A DNA stretch of 34,741 nucleotides from the IMG/VR virus record IMGVR_UViG_3300020045_014497, positions 1 through 34,741 of that record; one strand, 5' to 3'. The notes under the pieces were generated by a model. The model saw only the letters and a list, made by a program, of their open reading frames with translations. It had not been told where the DNA came from and made no database searches. This DNA is from a virus (taxonomy: Duplodnaviria; Caudoviricetes). Shown here piece after piece: positions 33,060 to 34,741 of this stretch; position 1 is the stretch's first letter; each line of letters begins with the position of its first letter. Both the position numbers and the translations under genes were made by a program.

Positions 33060-34741
33060 TTATTGCATTAATTGACCCGAAAGTTGATTTCTAACTTCCT
33101 CTTGTGTTGGAGGAGTTTGATTAGCAACAATTTGTTGAGAAATTTGTTCACCCGTGGGGCCTTGTTGTTTCATTTGTTGAGAAAGCCCAAGGGATGTAAT
33201 TAGAGCCATTCTTTGCATTTCCTTAATTACTTTCTCATTTCTATACCCTACCCTATAGGCTGCCTCCCTAATTAAAGTGGGGGAGAGAGCAATTTGAGGA
33301 AATTGAGAAGTAATGGTTAAAAATTCAAGGAACTCTTTTTTAGACTCTTCTTGAATCGGCGCGGAGAGCGTTGTTACATCAATCCGGATTTTGAAGTCAT
33401 ATGGATCATTGAGTTGTTTAGCAGAGATAAACTCATAGACAGCTTCATTTGCCTTTACCTCACCAAAAATATCATTAGGAGAATCAGAAGTCATCTCTGC
33501 CCAAACACCAAGTGTAAATTTATCGCGGGCTGTGAGAAGTGCCTCCCGTCCGATTTTACAAATCCACTTATTTACTCGTTGTTGTTCTGTAGATTCTCTA
33601 AGTCTTGCCCGTGTTTCGATGATTTGGGATTGTGTTGCTGTAGTTCTATCTGTTACTCCACGGGAGGCTGAAGAGACTCCTGAGAGTTTATTAATATCTT
33701 CAGACGATGTAATGATTGCTTGATTGATTGAGGAAGAAAGCGGTGCATCTGTAATTGGTTGAATTGCATTTGCTTGTTTAACTTTTACAAGAGCACCATC
33801 TTGGTCACTTTCAAACTTCTCAATTTCAATATCATCTACCATCTGTTCTACAACTTGATATTTACGAATAAAACGTCTACGATGATTTCGTAGTTGCTCC
33901 CGCGTTTCGTTAATTTCATTCTGTGGAGAAATCCAGTGGAATACCGGAGGAATAGGATAAAATCCTTCAGTGAGTAGACGGCGATCCGGTCGGAAATCAA
34001 AAAGTGGCAATCTTTGGAAAGTTCGCTGGAATAAAGTTACACAAGGATTATCAAGAACGATTAGTCGAAGTTTAGCCTTGTTATCCCAAATATGCCAAAT
34101 CTTTACACTGTCAGAATTCCTAGCATTCTCACTTAGATCGCTAACTGTTTCTGTCCGCTTGGAGAAGTTATCATTAAAAGTGACTTTGTCCCGATTCATG
34201 ATCTTTAATGCAAGGAGATCATTCCTGTCAACCCACTCATAATAACCAGCCCAAGAGCAATGATTGAGATATTTATGATCAATACCGCCAACCCTAAAAC
34301 GAGCTGCTCCGATATGCTTAAAGTAAATCCTTTCATTAACTGGAACCTCTTTTGGCTCATCGGATATCTTTGGTTTTTGACCAATGCCTTCTTGTTTTTT
34401 ATCAACATTTAGAAGTGGCCGAGGCGCCCTAGGATTTTCAATCCAATCCGCAGAGTACCCTACTTCAATAATACCAAAGCGAGTCTTTGCATCTTTATAA
34501 GCCATTTCCAATTCTTCTGTGAAATGAGCATCATCATCCCCAATTAATGTATTAAGAACGTCTTGTTTGATCTGTGAGGAAAGTGCGGCTAATTCAAGAT
34601 CATAGTCTCCAAATTGGGGCCGAGGTGAAAGAATAAACTTTGGATCTACTGGAACATGCTGAGCAAGTTGAATTTGGATTGTTTCATAAATTTGATTAAC
34701 AGTATAATTCTCAAAGGGATTATCCCCTTCCCATTGTTTTC
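33060..34741 (-). CDS. Portal protein (P22-like), 5' end outside the window
   Basis: Frame stays open upstream of 34511 to the window edge (KQWEG...YTVNQIY...); Q.EIN..R, LSGVS...RG...RTAT, Gln-rich C-terminus. Confidence 0.9.
   Translation of the reverse strand, partial: KQWEGDNPFENYTVNQIYETIQIQLAQHVPVDPKFILSPRPQFGDYDLELAALSSQIKQDVLNTLIGDDDAHFTEELEMAYKDAKTRFGIIEVGYSADWIENPRAPRPLLNVDKKQEGIGQKPKISDEPKEVPVNERIYFKHIGAARFRVGGIDHKYLNHCSWAGYYEWVDRNDLLALKIMNRDKVTFNDNFSKRTETVSDLSENARNSDSVKIWHIWDNKAKLRLIVLDNPCVTLFQRTFQRLPLFDFRPDRRLLTEGFYPIPPVFHWISPQNEINETREQLRNHRRRFIRKYQVVEQMVDDIEIEKFESDQDGALVKVKQANAIQPITDAPLSSSINQAIITSSEDINKLSGVSSASRGVTDRTTATQSQIIETRARLRESTEQQRVNKWICKIGREALLTARDKFTLGVWAEMTSDSPNDIFGEVKANEAVYEFISAKQLNDPYDFKIRIDVTTLSAPIQEESKKEFLEFLTITSQFPQIALSPTLIREAAYRVGYRNEKVIKEMQRMALITSLGLSQQMKQQGPTGEQISQQIVANQTPPTQEEVRNQLSGQLMQ

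Larger units (their letters stand above)
1..34741. mobile_element. Tailed dsDNA bacteriophage genome segment (podovirus-like), with replication arm on + and morphogenesis arm on -
   Basis: Dense, overlapping ORFs; portal-scaffold-capsid-adaptor-nozzle-ejection gene order; phage-type PolA, Sak4 and SNF2 genes; no host housekeeping genes, integrase or att site in the window. Confidence 0.97.

Noticed and set aside
14020-34242. Many + strand ORFs of 60-133 aa within the structural arm
   Set aside because: Antisense shadows of long, motif-bearing - strand genes, with no RBS or domain signal
1-34741. Alternative genetic code (stop-codon reassignment)
   Set aside because: Long genes are intact under the standard code and TAA, TAG and TGA all end genes; the single broken gene needs a frameshift, not readthrough

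Overview
The whole window is part of a tailed dsDNA phage genome, probably podovirus-like because it has P22-type portal, adaptor and nozzle genes plus internal/ejection proteins and no tape measure, tube or sheath gene. It has two convergent arms that meet at about 13.53 kb. The + arm (1-13537) holds replication and recombination genes: SNF2 helicase, Cas4/AddB-like nuclease, MazG-like protein, Sak4-like ATPase, SSB, Tlde1-type L,D-peptidase, family A polymerase with an N-terminal UDG-like domain, DUF5664-like diphosphohydrolase and DUF3987 helicase. The - arm (34741-13527) holds morphogenesis genes: portal, KTSC protein, scaffold, major capsid, cement, neck/tail proteins and ejection proteins. 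The most notable items are: (i) a glycosyltransferase-to-methyltransferase module present twice inside the structural operon, once split and once fused, suggesting virion decoration with methylated glycans; (ii) a 1070-aa neck protein in which about 22 repeats of ~20 aa and a lectin-like insert are fused to a head-tail adaptor domain, with a small repeat paralogue and a candidate bead subunit nearby; (iii) a PolA with a degenerate UDG-like domain and a strongly non-canonical O-helix, in the same arm as two predicted NTP pyrophosphohydrolases, hinting at non-standard nucleotide use; (iv) a ~170-nt multi-stem structured element after ssb. All family assignments come from motif recognition by eye. 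No searches were run.
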